Assembly: GCA_028716705.1 (NCBI GenBank)
Contig: JAQUPI010000004.1
Location: forward strand, 656-64,655
Reading direction: 5' to 3'
From: Candidatus Omnitrophota bacterium
Lineage (GTDB): Bacteria > Omnitrophota > Gorgyraeia > Gygaellales > Profunditerraquicolaceae
DNA length: 64,000 nucleotides
The translations under genes and the position numbers were made by a program. The stretch's first letter is position 1. Each line of letters begins with the position of its first letter. This document shows, in pieces, positions 36,092 through 45,729 of this stretch. The notes beneath the pieces are model-generated. The model ran no database searches and was not told where the DNA came from. It worked only from the letters and a program-made list of their open reading frames with translations.

Positions 36092-36967
36092 TTACTTCGT
36101 CCTTACAACAAAAGGCCGAAAACGGCGATCCTCTTTAGCCTGGCTGTATAAAGTTAAGGCCCGCTTTCGGCAAGCAACTACGCCAAAGACTGCCGGCCCG
36201 CTGCCTGACATCAAAACCGCTTCCATGCCAAACCGGACAAGCTTCTTTTTGGCGTATCCTATGCTTGGCTGGAGCGCGAAAGAAACAGGCTCTAAGCTGT
36301 TGAATAAGGATTTGCCTGTCAGCAAAAGGTCAGTTTTTCTTAAGGCTGAAGTTAGTATATTAACATTATATTCAGGCCTTGTCAATGCCGCTTTAGTATT
36401 TTTTTTGTCCCATTCTTTATATATCCGGGGCGTCAAAACCTTTATTTTAGGCACCAGTAAGACATGCCAGAGGCGCGTCCTTTTCAAGGAACTGATCGGT
36501 TCTATCCTCTCTCCTCTCCCCCGGCCTAACCCGAAAGGGATATCATAAACGAAAAAAGGGCAGTCGCTGCCTATCCTGGCGGCTAAACGGCTTAATTGTT
36601 CTCGTTTGAGGCCTAATCTCCAAAGCCTGTTTAAGCCTGAAAGAGTGGCGGCGGCGTTGCTTGAGCCTCCCCCTAACCCGGCCCCCACGGGAATCCGCTT
36701 TATGATCTTGATATCCACGCCTTTATTAATATTAAATTCGTCCTGCAATAACTTAGCGCTCTTGTAGGCAAGATTAGTTTCACCGGTAGGGACATCTTTT
36801 TCGTCGCAGTAAATTCTTATTTTCTTATCGGGGCGGGGTTTGAGGATTATCTTATCGGAGAGGTTGATACGCTCAAAAACCGTTTTTATGTCGTGGTAGC
36901 CGTCTTCCCGCCTTTTGAGGACTTCCAGATAAAGGTTAACTTTAGCGTAAGAATTAAGCGTAAGCAT
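36092..36967 (-). CDS. ispE: 4-diphosphocytidyl-2-C-methyl-D-erythritol kinase
   Basis: GHMP kinase motif PVGAGLGGGSSNAAA and the IspE N-terminus. Confidence 0.85.
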   Translation of the reverse strand: MLTLNSYAKVNLYLEVLKRREDGYHDIKTVFERINLSDKIILKPRPDKKIRIYCDEKDVPTGETNLAYKSAKLLQDEFNINKGVDIKIIKRIPVGAGLGGGSSNAAATLSGLNRLWRLGLKREQLSRLAARIGSDCPFFVYDIPFGLGRGRGERIEPISSLKRTRLWHVLLVPKIKVLTPRIYKEWDKKNTKAALTRPEYNVNILTSALRKTDLLLTGKSLFNSLEPVSFALQPSIGYAKKKLVRFGMEAVLMSGSGPAVFGVVACRKRALTLYSQAKEDRRFRPFVVRTK

Positions 36968-36973
36968 AAAAAG

Positions 36974-37037
36974 AAAAATGGGGTCAGAATTATTTTTCTA
37001 GCGGTTTATCTTAGAGAAAATAATTCTGACCCCATTT
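36974..37037 (-). terminator. intrinsic terminator after the transketolase genes; stem nearly identical to the dnaB terminator
   Basis: AAAAATGGGGTCAGAATTATTTTTC - loop - GAGAAAATAATTCTGACCCCATTT. It shares the GGGGTCAGAATTATTTTTC core with 29071..29136. Confidence 0.7.
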
Positions 37038-37038
37038 C

Positions 37039-37980
37039 TTATCTACACTCTTTATTAATACAGAGCGTGGCCGCTTTTTCTATGTCCAAACTGGTCAATT
37101 TATATTCTCTGAGCAGGTCGGCGGGGTCTCCTGACTGGCCGTATCTGTTCCTTATGCCGACGCGGACTATTTTGGCGGGATAATTTTCCGCGACTATCTC
37201 GTCGATGGTTGAGGCGAGGCCGCCTATCACGGTATGCTCTTCGCAAACCACAAAACCCGCGGTTTCTTTGGCCGCTTTTAATATCGTTTCCGGATCCATA
37301 GGCCTGATCGTATGCGCGTTAATTACGCGTGCCTTTATTCCCCTGGAAAGAAGATTCTTCGCGGCATTAAGCGCCTCTTGCACCATAATGCCGCAGGCGA
37401 CTATCGTCAGATCCTTGCCATCAAGCAGGACCTGTGCCTTTCCGAATTTGAATTCGGGCTTACCTTCTATCGTCGGGACTTTAGGCCTTCCCAAACGCAC
37501 ATAAACCGGGCCCTTTAAGGCTGCCGCTGCCTTGATCACGTCGCGCGTCTGCGGCCCGTCACAAGGGACCATTATGTTCATGTTCGGGATAACACGCATC
37601 AACGCGATATCCTCGAGCGCCTGATGGCTCGCGCCGTCCGGGCCGACGGTAATGCCGGCGTGGGTAGCGACTATTTTAATGTCGAAATTATTGTAACAGA
37701 CTGTGTTCCTTACCTGGTCCCAGGCCCTGCCCGTAGCGAATATGGCGAAAGTGGACACAAATACCGTTTTCCCGCAGGACGCGAGCCCGGCGGCCGCGCC
37801 CATCATATTCTGTTCAGCCACGCCGAAATTGAAAAACCTTTCCGGGAACTCTTTCGCGAATAGGCTTGTGCGGGTAGAACCGGACAGGTCCGCGTCTAAA
37901 ACTACGATATCTTTATTCTGGCGGCCCAATTCGGCCAGGGTCTGCCCGTATACGTCTCTTTGATATAATGCTTCCGCCAT
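37039..37980 (-). CDS. transketolase, C-terminal (pyrimidine-binding) subunit
   Basis: 313 aa with the Pyr and C-terminal domains of split transketolase. Confidence 0.9.
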   Translation of the reverse strand: MAEALYQRDVYGQTLAELGRQNKDIVVLDADLSGSTRTSLFAKEFPERFFNFGVAEQNMMGAAAGLASCGKTVFVSTFAIFATGRAWDQVRNTVCYNNFDIKIVATHAGITVGPDGASHQALEDIALMRVIPNMNIMVPCDGPQTRDVIKAAAALKGPVYVRLGRPKVPTIEGKPEFKFGKAQVLLDGKDLTIVACGIMVQEALNAAKNLLSRGIKARVINAHTIRPMDPETILKAAKETAGFVVCEEHTVIGGLASTIDEIVAENYPAKIVRVGIRNRYGQSGDPADLLREYKLTSLDIEKAATLCINKECR

Positions 37981-38004
37981 TTTCGTTTACTTATTACTGG
38001 ATTT

Positions 38005-38826
38005 TTATTCTAATTCCTTAAGGGCCTGTTCGGCTTCTTCCTTCGTAGGCGCCCGTCCGTGGAAATCCAGCGAATTTTCCATGAAGGAAACACCTTTTCC
38101 CTTTACGGTGCAAGCGATAATTATCGCCGGCTTTTCCCTGGGTTCTCCGGCTTCGTTAAAAGCCGACAGGATCTGCCCCATATCATGGCCGTCTATGCTG
38201 ATGGTATGCCAGCCGAACGCACGCCATTTATCCGCTATCGGCTCCAATCCCATAATTTCACTGACTTTTCCGTCGATCTGCAGGCCGTTGTAATCCAGGA
38301 TAGCGCATAAATTCCCGCGCTTAAAGTGGCCGGCCGCCATAGCCGCTTCCCAAATATTACCTTCCTGCGTTTCTCCGTCGCCAATGAGGCAATAGACGCG
38401 GTAATCTTTCTTATCTAATTTTGCCGCCAGGCTCATTCCCAGCGCCACTGACAGGCCCTGCCCCAAAGAACCGGAGGCCACTGTCACTCCCGGCGTCCGC
38501 CGGTCGGGATGGCCTTGCAATATAGAACCCAGCTGCCTTAGACTCCAAAGTTTTTCGACGGGGAAATATCCTGATTCCGCCAAGGCGGCGTACCACAGCG
38601 GGCAGCAGTGGCCTTTAGACATGTGGAATCTGTCGCGGTCAGGCCAATCTGGCTCCTTGGGATTATGCCGCATTACTTTAAAAAATAAAGCGGTGACCAG
38701 GTCAGCTGAAGAAAGGCTTCCTCCGGGGTGCCCTGAGCCTGCCTTGGCGAGCATCTGAATAATGAGCCTGCGGATCCGTTTTGCCTTTTCTTCTAATTCC
38801 CTAATTTCCGCGTCTGTGTATTGCAT
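38005..38826 (-). CDS. transketolase, N-terminal (TPP-binding) subunit
   Basis: GHPGGSLS and GDGE...EG TPP-binding motifs. 273 aa. Confidence 0.9.
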   Translation of the reverse strand: MQYTDAEIRELEEKAKRIRRLIIQMLAKAGSGHPGGSLSSADLVTALFFKVMRHNPKEPDWPDRDRFHMSKGHCCPLWYAALAESGYFPVEKLWSLRQLGSILQGHPDRRTPGVTVASGSLGQGLSVALGMSLAAKLDKKDYRVYCLIGDGETQEGNIWEAAMAAGHFKRGNLCAILDYNGLQIDGKVSEIMGLEPIADKWRAFGWHTISIDGHDMGQILSAFNEAGEPREKPAIIIACTVKGKGVSFMENSLDFHGRAPTKEEAEQALKELE

Positions 38827-38832
38827 TACTGA

Positions 38833-39816
38833 TTAGTCGGTTGCCGGGTCGCTGGTTAATTTATTTATCTTTTCTTTAATTTTATCCTGGTTTGGGTCCA
38901 ATTGCAAGGATTTCTCCCAGTTCGTTCTCGCGCCCCCCAGATTCCCGCTCTTCAAATAAGCGTCGCCCATATGGTCGTATATTACCGGGTCCTCCATCAG
39001 GGAAACCGCCCTCTCCAACTCCTTTACCGCTTCCTGTATTTTTCCTTGCTTAAAATAAAGCCAACCCAAGCTGTCCACAAAAGCCCCGTTTTCCGGCTGT
39101 CTTGCCAGGGCCTTTTTGATCATCCGCTCGGCTTCGGCTAAATTTGCCCCCTCCTCGACGTAGATGTACCCCAAATAATTCAACGCTTCTTCGTAATCCG
39201 GATTTATCTCAAGGCTCTTCTTTAGCTCAATTACCGCCCGGGGCCTGTCCTTTAATTCTTCATAAATATTGGCAAGGTAAAAACGCGCCTCGGCGTCATC
39301 CGGGGATAGATCCAGTATCAACTGGTAGGTGCCCTGCGCCTCTTTAAATTTCTTCTGCTGCAGGTATATCAGGCCTAAGGTCTTATAGATATCGACATTC
39401 TTGGGCTCCAGCCTGGAAGCGTTCTGCAGCGCGATTTCATATTCACGCGAAGCCAATTCCTTTTTATCCTGGGAAAAATAAAGGAGCGCCAATATGGCGT
39501 GGGGTTCCACCGCTTCCGGATCCAAGCCTATGGTGATCTTTAATTCTTCTGCCGCCTTCGGGATATCGTTTTTTTTGATATAGAGAGAGGCGAGGTTAAT
39601 GTGTATAACGGAGCTTTTATTGTCGGTTCTCAGCGCTTTCCGGTATTCCCTGATCGCCGTATCTATATCCCCCAGCTGCTCGTGCATCGCCGCGATGATA
39701 TAGTGGCTCAAGGTAGCGGATGTTTTCCTGTCAAAGGCGGACGCCCTTGTATGGAGGGTAAGGGTTACCAGGAAGCAAATGAAAATAACTTTGCTCCCGA
39801 TCTTAACTGAAGGCAT
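38833..39816 (-). CDS. secreted TPR-repeat protein
   Basis: Signal peptide plus multiple 34-aa TPR units (…AIREYRKALRTDNK…). Confidence 0.7.
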   Translation of the reverse strand: MPSVKIGSKVIFICFLVTLTLHTRASAFDRKTSATLSHYIIAAMHEQLGDIDTAIREYRKALRTDNKSSVIHINLASLYIKKNDIPKAAEELKITIGLDPEAVEPHAILALLYFSQDKKELASREYEIALQNASRLEPKNVDIYKTLGLIYLQQKKFKEAQGTYQLILDLSPDDAEARFYLANIYEELKDRPRAVIELKKSLEINPDYEEALNYLGYIYVEEGANLAEAERMIKKALARQPENGAFVDSLGWLYFKQGKIQEAVKELERAVSLMEDPVIYDHMGDAYLKSGNLGGARTNWEKSLQLDPNQDKIKEKINKLTSDPATD

Positions 39817-39936
39817 TAATTACGCCCAGGCTCTCTTCTTCAGATGGCGCAAGCGTCTGCGCATCTTTTTCCTCTTGTGGGTCCTGATCTTTCGTTTTTT
39901 TCTTTTTCTGCCGCAAGGCATACCTTGGCTCCTTAG

Positions 39937-40089
39937 AAGCAGGGACGTTCCCCCGCTTCTTTATTACTTCATTTTAAAACACTTACAACTATTAACTTTC
40001 CAATTTGCATTAGATTCAATTCCTGGAAACCATATTGTCCTAACATTCTGAATATCAATAGATTGCGTAACGAGGGAACGTCCCTGCTT
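39937..40089. mobile_element. MITE-like 153-bp element bounded by perfect 16-bp terminal inverted repeats (AAGCAGGGACGTTCCC ... GGGAACGTCCCTGCTT)
   Basis: The IRs were read directly at 39937..39952 and 40074..40089. The internal sequence is AT-rich and non-coding. It lies between the hisG stop and the TPR gene start. Confidence 0.45.
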
Positions 40090-40986
40090 TTAATATATTA
40101 CTTTATTTAGCGGATATTCTATAATTCCCTGCGCTCCTCGTTTCCTAAGCTCGGGGATCAATGTGCGCACCACTTTTTCGTCGATAACCGTCTCTATCGC
40201 CAGCCAGCCCTCCTGGCTAAGGCCGGAAATAGTGGGCCTTTTTAAAGCTGGTAAGACGCTGATCACTTTTTCGAGGTCGGCCTTTTTCACATTCATTTTT
40301 AAGCCCACCTTCTCTTCCGCCGCGATCGCCCCCCTTAAAAGCAGGCAGATCTCCTCCATCTTGTTTTTCTTCCAGGTTTGTTTATATGAAGACCTGTTCG
40401 CGATAAATTGAGTGGTCGATTCGCATATTGTCGCGATTTCTATTAATTTATTCGCCTTCAGGCTCCTGCCGGTTTCCGTTAATTCCACGATACCGTCCAC
40501 AAGGCCGGTACTTACCTTGGCCTCAGTCGCTCCCCAGCTGAATTCAACCTCTACCTTCACCTTATTCTTTTGAAAATACTCCTTGGTGACATTTATAAGC
40601 TCGGTGGCGACGCGCTTTCCCTCAAGACCTTTGACCGATTTGATCCCGGAAGTTTCGGGCACCGCCAGGACCCATCTTACCTTATTCAAGCTTTGTTTGG
40701 CGTAAATGAGGTCAGTGACCCTTACTGCATCGGATCTATTTTCCAGGATCCAGTCATTACCGGTAATGCCGCAATCCAGCGCCCCGTCAGCTACATAGCG
40801 GGACATCTCCTGCGCCCGCAGTAATACCGGCTCGATTTCGGCGTCATCTATGGACGGAAAATATGACCGCTCGCTGGAAAGGGAAATATTGAACCCCGCC
40901 TTCTTGAACATCTTAAAAGTGGATTCCTGAAGGCTGCCCTTTGGCAACCCTAGTTTCAGTATTTTCTTACCTGCTGTCTTTGCCAT
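40090..40986 (-). CDS. hisG: ATP phosphoribosyltransferase (long form with C-terminal regulatory domain)
   Basis: [14 protein letters not shown]-terminus and the PRPP-binding region. The start may be 41004 instead. Confidence 0.9.
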   Translation of the reverse strand: MAKTAGKKILKLGLPKGSLQESTFKMFKKAGFNISLSSERSYFPSIDDAEIEPVLLRAQEMSRYVADGALDCGITGNDWILENRSDAVRVTDLIYAKQSLNKVRWVLAVPETSGIKSVKGLEGKRVATELINVTKEYFQKNKVKVEVEFSWGATEAKVSTGLVDGIVELTETGRSLKANKLIEIATICESTTQFIANRSSYKQTWKKNKMEEICLLLRGAIAAEEKVGLKMNVKKADLEKVISVLPALKRPTISGLSQEGWLAIETVIDEKVVRTLIPELRKRGAQGIIEYPLNKVIY

Positions 40987-41007
40987 ACTCGAATGGGTCT
41001 TCAAGCC

Positions 41008-42513
41008 TTAATTGACTTTTATCCCCTCCATTTTAACTCCTTCGAAATTCATCGAGGAAGGAACCGTATAGGTAACCACGAGCTTTGGCTGGTAACTGCC
41101 GCCCGCCTCATTGGTATTGACATATACACTTTCGCTATAATTTCCGCCCGTACCATCAATATCCCTGCTGCTGCGTATCGCTAATTTTGTAGTCCCTGTC
41201 TTGTTTATCCATCCAAGCTGGTTCAGAGTTATATCGTGATACCCTGCCGGAGAAAGGGCGCTGGCAAGCATACTGCTTCCGCCGTCGCCGCTGTAATAAG
41301 TATAACTGTAGTCGCTTGATTGCAGCGGGTCATTGGGATAAGTCGGCTGTCCGTTTTGTATCCGCACATAAAAGTCGGTGAACGGATTTATGCTTTGCCC
41401 GGCCCCGTAAAGAGAAAGTGTGGCGGCAGTTACAGTTGCGCCTGCTCCAAGGGAAGAAGTATCAAAGAAGACAAAGGAGCGCTCTATACCGCAGGTAAGG
41501 CAGTCCCCCCAATAGCTGCAACAAGAACCTATATAAAGTATCCCCTGAGTGGTTCTGTTATACGTGGCTGAAGCCGCGGTGCGGGCTGTAGCATAAGCGC
41601 CACAACCCCACAAAGTTCCGTCGCTGGCGCTGGTATAAAAAGTCGCTATATCGCCTATCTCAAGGGGATACACGGCGCTGTTAAATACTGAAAGCGGCAC
41701 CCTTTCCTCATCCGGGCCGGCCGCATACTTGCCCAGAGTCAACCTGTAATTGCCTTTCTGGTTGTAAATAATCCTGACCTCTGCCCCCGGGTTCCCGTCG
41801 AAGATCCAGGAGCCTTGCATCTGGCCCTCGATCAGCCTGAGCCGGCGCCTGGCAATGCCGTAATCCCATTCCAGGACATTCTCTTTGTAGTTTGCGTTCA
41901 CCGCGTCTACAGGCAGCAGTTTTGCGCCGCCAGAAACCGGTACTTCTTTGCCATCCAATAAGAGCTGCGGACTGAAAATGAGCCGATCACCGGGTTTAGC
42001 CAGGTCTGTCCGGTCAAGAACGGTCAAATCCACGCGGTTTGCGTCTACTAACGCCAGAAAAACGTTTGCTTTCGAGCGGAATCTTCCTGGTGAAACCTCT
42101 TTCCAGCCGGCTTCTATCTTATTCCCGCGGTCGTCGACCCTAGGCAAGCCGTCGGTAACCATAAAATGCTTGCCTGATCTTAAATCCCGGTAAAAACGCG
42201 CAAATTTGCTGCGCTGGCCTGGGCCGCCAGGCGCATAGTCCTGAAAAAGCTCCACGTAATCCTTATCAATGCCCTGCCTTTCCAGCTCGCGCAAGAGCTC
42301 GGGATCAGTTACCTTTTTCTTGTGATCTATTACCGGCAGAACCATGCCCTGAGGAGGCAAAACGGGATTATCTTTGAAGGGCCGGACTAGCGGATGAAAA
42401 GGCTCCAGAGCCTCTTTTATCCCAGTGGCTGCAGCTGCCGCAGCGATAGTTAATAACACGGCAAAAAGAGTTACTGCGCAGTACAAAGCCATACTTACCC
42501 TCTTATTGCGCAT
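41008..42513 (-). CDS. hypothetical secreted protein
   Basis: 501 aa with an N-terminal signal anchor or peptide (ALYCAVTLFAVLLTIAAAAAATG) and no recognisable domain. Confidence 0.5.
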   Translation of the reverse strand: MRNKRVSMALYCAVTLFAVLLTIAAAAAATGIKEALEPFHPLVRPFKDNPVLPPQGMVLPVIDHKKKVTDPELLRELERQGIDKDYVELFQDYAPGGPGQRSKFARFYRDLRSGKHFMVTDGLPRVDDRGNKIEAGWKEVSPGRFRSKANVFLALVDANRVDLTVLDRTDLAKPGDRLIFSPQLLLDGKEVPVSGGAKLLPVDAVNANYKENVLEWDYGIARRRLRLIEGQMQGSWIFDGNPGAEVRIIYNQKGNYRLTLGKYAAGPDEERVPLSVFNSAVYPLEIGDIATFYTSASDGTLWGCGAYATARTAASATYNRTTQGILYIGSCCSYWGDCLTCGIERSFVFFDTSSLGAGATVTAATLSLYGAGQSINPFTDFYVRIQNGQPTYPNDPLQSSDYSYTYYSGDGGSSMLASALSPAGYHDITLNQLGWINKTGTTKLAIRSSRDIDGTGGNYSESVYVNTNEAGGSYQPKLVVTYTVPSSMNFEGVKMEGIKVN

Positions 42514-42533
42514 TACCTTCCTCCCAATATTAA

Positions 42534-42929
42534 CTACTTATTATCCGCCGCCGGTTTATTTTCCATAAGAACAAATTTACCCTGCACTTCATCGTAACGG
42601 TAAAGGCCCCGGCGGAATTTATCGACGTCCAGCTTATAAGTGTCGCAGAAAGCCGCCTGCACATTGCGCAATTTGATGACCTCCTCGTTAAGCAGCTGCT
42701 GAATGACCGCGACGCGCATCTCCTGGTTGCGCAGGCCGTTAATATTCGCGATCAAAGTTTCTTTCTCCTGCCTGGCGGCTTCTACCGGCGTCTGGGCGGA
42801 CGCCTTGCTTTCTTCAGCCCGCAAAGGAACGCAGGAAAATAAAACAAAAAATGCTAAGCCAAAAATAACCCTTCGCATCATTTCTCCTATTTGGAACAAG
42901 CTAAGAAAGATTTTCGCATACCTTACCAT
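42534..42929 (-). CDS. hypothetical small secreted coiled-coil protein
   Basis: Signal peptide (MMRRVIFGLAFFVLFSCVPLRA) followed by a charged helical region. Confidence 0.45.
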   Translation of the reverse strand: MVRYAKIFLSLFQIGEMMRRVIFGLAFFVLFSCVPLRAEESKASAQTPVEAARQEKETLIANINGLRNQEMRVAVIQQLLNEEVIKLRNVQAAFCDTYKLDVDKFRRGLYRYDEVQGKFVLMENKPAADNK

Positions 42930-42955
42930 AAAATTCGAGTTTGGGCAAGGAAAAT

Positions 42956-44539
42956 CTAGGGCTTCAATTTCTGGCGGAGGGCGCCGATAAGCACTTTGAC
43001 ATCCTCATTATCGGGTTGCAGGCGGGCCGCTTCCTCATATTCGTTCAGGGCCTTCTGCAGTAACCCCTGTTCTTCAAACAATAAGCCCAACGAAAGACGC
43101 ACTTTTGCATCTTTTGGGTTTACCGTAATCAGTTTCTCATATTCTGTTTGAGCCTCATGGAACCTGCCTGTTTCCCGGCAAAGCCCGGCTAAGGCAAGGC
43201 GTGCCGTAAGATATACAGGATCCATCTCGACCGTTTTACGGTAAAACTCGAGGGCCTGCTTTTTATCTCCCGACTGAGCGTGTAAATTCGCCAGGGAGTA
43301 ATAAAGGAACGGATTTGCGGGAGAGACGTCGAGCGCCTTTTGATATTCCTGCGCCGCTTTTTTCTTCAGTCCCTGTTTATGATATATTACCGCCAGTTCC
43401 ACGTGCGCCTGTGTCCTTTCCAACCTGCGTAACACATCAAGCTTAATCTTATCCTGGGGATACGCCTTAAGCATCCTTTTGTATTCCGCGATAGCTTCTT
43501 TATACCTACCCTCTTCTTCATAAAGAGAAGCCAGCTCCAGCCGCTCTTCGACGGCTGACGAGGCTCTAACCAGCTTTTCGTATTCTCCGATAGCCTTATC
43601 CTTCAATCCTTTTTTCCGGAAGGCTGAAGCAACCTCCTTAAGCAACGCCTGCCTCTCATCCGCAAGCTCATCGATCTTAGCATATTCCTCGATCACCTGC
43701 TTATGTATGCCAAGGTCGCTGTAAAAAGAAATACGGTCGTAAATTTTGTTCATGGCCTCGGGTATTACGTCAAGGGCCAGTTCATATTGGGCAATAGCCG
43801 CGTCAAGTTCATTTTTATTTTTATATAAAGAGGCCAGGGATAAGTGCGGCTCAACATAATCCGGCCGTAGATCTGCCGCCTTTTCATACATCTTTACCGC
43901 CTCATCGGATTTGCCCTGTTTCTCAAGGATCATACCCAGTTTGTAGTGCGCTTCTGAGTTATCCGGGTTGAGCCTTATGGCCCTGTAGTATTCGATATAA
44001 CCCTCTTCGTAAACGCCCCTCTCCATATACATATTGCCTAAAAAGGCTGGATCAAGTTTTGCTATCTCCTCTAACTGCCGCTCGGCGGACGCCTTTTCGC
44101 CTTTTTTCTCAAGCGCGACGGCGAGATTGTAGCGGGCGCCCGTAAAACTTTTATCTATTTCAACCGCCTTTTTCAGGCTGGCGATAGCGCCGTCGAGGTC
44201 TTCCGCCAAAATATAGGCGGTTCCCAGGTTATTCCAGACAATGCCGGAAAAAGGGTACAACGAAAGCGCCTCTTTATACGCCAGGATGGCTTTTGAGTAA
44301 TCTGCCATTGCCTGGTAGATCTTTCCCTTTAAGAAGAGCGCGTCCAGATTATAAGGATTAAGATGCAAGGATCTCTCCACTTGAGAGAGCGCTTCTTTCG
44401 TTTCTCGCCTGGAATGGAAAAGCTGAGACCGCTGCAGGAAATAATCAGCTTGCAAAGACCTGACGATCGGAAAAGCAAATACAACGGCTGTCAGAATAAT
44501 TATCCAGCGTTTTATGATCATCACATTCGGCGTTTTCAT
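42956..44539 (-). CDS. TPR-repeat protein (N-terminal membrane anchor)
   Basis: 527 aa made of tandem TPR units (repeated YxxAIxxYxKAL patterns). Confidence 0.7.
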   Translation of the reverse strand: MKTPNVMIIKRWIIILTAVVFAFPIVRSLQADYFLQRSQLFHSRRETKEALSQVERSLHLNPYNLDALFLKGKIYQAMADYSKAILAYKEALSLYPFSGIVWNNLGTAYILAEDLDGAIASLKKAVEIDKSFTGARYNLAVALEKKGEKASAERQLEEIAKLDPAFLGNMYMERGVYEEGYIEYYRAIRLNPDNSEAHYKLGMILEKQGKSDEAVKMYEKAADLRPDYVEPHLSLASLYKNKNELDAAIAQYELALDVIPEAMNKIYDRISFYSDLGIHKQVIEEYAKIDELADERQALLKEVASAFRKKGLKDKAIGEYEKLVRASSAVEERLELASLYEEEGRYKEAIAEYKRMLKAYPQDKIKLDVLRRLERTQAHVELAVIYHKQGLKKKAAQEYQKALDVSPANPFLYYSLANLHAQSGDKKQALEFYRKTVEMDPVYLTARLALAGLCRETGRFHEAQTEYEKLITVNPKDAKVRLSLGLLFEEQGLLQKALNEYEEAARLQPDNEDVKVLIGALRQKLKP

Positions 44540-45729
44540 ACAGCAAGGCGCAGAGTGCTTAGCGCAAGCAACAACCAGAAGCCCATGCTAGAGGCGGGAA
44601 CGTAAAGTAAAGGATTAAAGAACGCTTGTACCAGCAAGGCTATCATAGCAGCCGACAATCCCACGGAAAGATACGCCGCTGTCCCTTGCTGAAGCGGCCT
44701 TCTGCGATAGACTGAAAATAAAATCCATAAAAAACAGATCAAGCCCAGCGTGCCTGTCTCTGACCAGATCTGCAGGAAATCGTTGTGCGCCTTGGTATAC
44801 GTTACCAGCTTGGGAGTGACGCGGCGCTCTTCGGCACTGCGATATAAAGGATAAACAACTTTAAAATTCCCCGTACCCACCCCCAGGACGGGATTATCCT
44901 TGATCATGCCGAATGTCCCCTCCCAAACATAAAGCCGCATCAGGTTTCTGAACCTGACGCGCTCTCCTCTTGAACTCATGACGGCTATGGCGGATCCGGA
45001 CAAGAATACCACAAGGGCCATTGTCAGGGCCAGTTTCGCTTTTTTTGGAAATTTATTATAAACGCTTATGAAGGCGAATATGAACGCGGCTGATAAACCG
45101 AGGTACACTCCCCGCGAACGGGCCAAGATGACGAAAACCAACAAAAATAAAGCAGCTATCGCGAAGAAGATCCTTAAATAAGGTTTTACCCGTTCTTTTT
45201 CTAAGGCCATGAAAACGCTTAACGGTATCGCCAGGCTGATATACTGGGCGAAAAAGATCGGATTGCCGAAACTAGAGGTATAGGCGAGCCTTGAGGCGCC
45301 CAATTTTATACCATGGACCTGATAGATACTGAGCATACAAGCGGCGACACCCGATAAAACCATCGCCAGGATTATTTCGTCTGCTTGCCTGCGTTCTTTT
45401 ATACTATTCGCCGCCACAAAGAAAAGCCCTACCCCTGCGCCTAACTGATACAAAGACATTACACCTTCATATTTATTAACCGCCTTTAAAAGCGAAATCA
45501 ACGATACCGCGCAGAAGGCGGCAATAGCCCAATTAAAAGACCATGAGAATCCTTTTCTCAATATCGCATTGCCTGCCGCTTCCAACAGCAATAGAACCAG
45601 CAGGACTAAAACGCCAAATTCCAACAGCGTCCATTTGATCAACCCAAAAACCTCTGTGGTAGAGTGCGAAAATACCAGGGGCACCGCGAATACAAGTAAA
45701 ACCAGCCCTCTTTGAACTATCTTGGTCAT
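44536..45729 (-). CDS. O-antigen ligase / polymerase family membrane protein
   Basis: About 10 TM helices with a central periplasmic loop, a Wzy_C-like arrangement. Confidence 0.5.
   Translation of the reverse strand: MTKIVQRGLVLLVFAVPLVFSHSTTEVFGLIKWTLLEFGVLVLLVLLLLEAAGNAILRKGFSWSFNWAIAAFCAVSLISLLKAVNKYEGVMSLYQLGAGVGLFFVAANSIKERRQADEIILAMVLSGVAACMLSIYQVHGIKLGASRLAYTSSFGNPIFFAQYISLAIPLSVFMALEKERVKPYLRIFFAIAALFLLVFVILARSRGVYLGLSAAFIFAFISVYNKFPKKAKLALTMALVVFLSGSAIAVMSSRGERVRFRNLMRLYVWEGTFGMIKDNPVLGVGTGNFKVVYPLYRSAEERRVTPKLVTYTKAHNDFLQIWSETGTLGLICFLWILFSVYRRRPLQQGTAAYLSVGLSAAMIALLVQAFFNPLLYVPASSMGFWLLLALSTLRLAV

Noticed and set aside
35781-36548. 255-aa plus-strand ORF
   Set aside because: It is antisense to spoVG and ispE, both of which have strong family matches. 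It is a shadow ORF.
39779-40051. 90-aa plus-strand ORF in the tpr-hisG intergenic region
   Set aside because: It spans the MITE-like element, is hydrophobic and low-complexity, and has no RBS. It is more likely a non-coding repeat than a gene.
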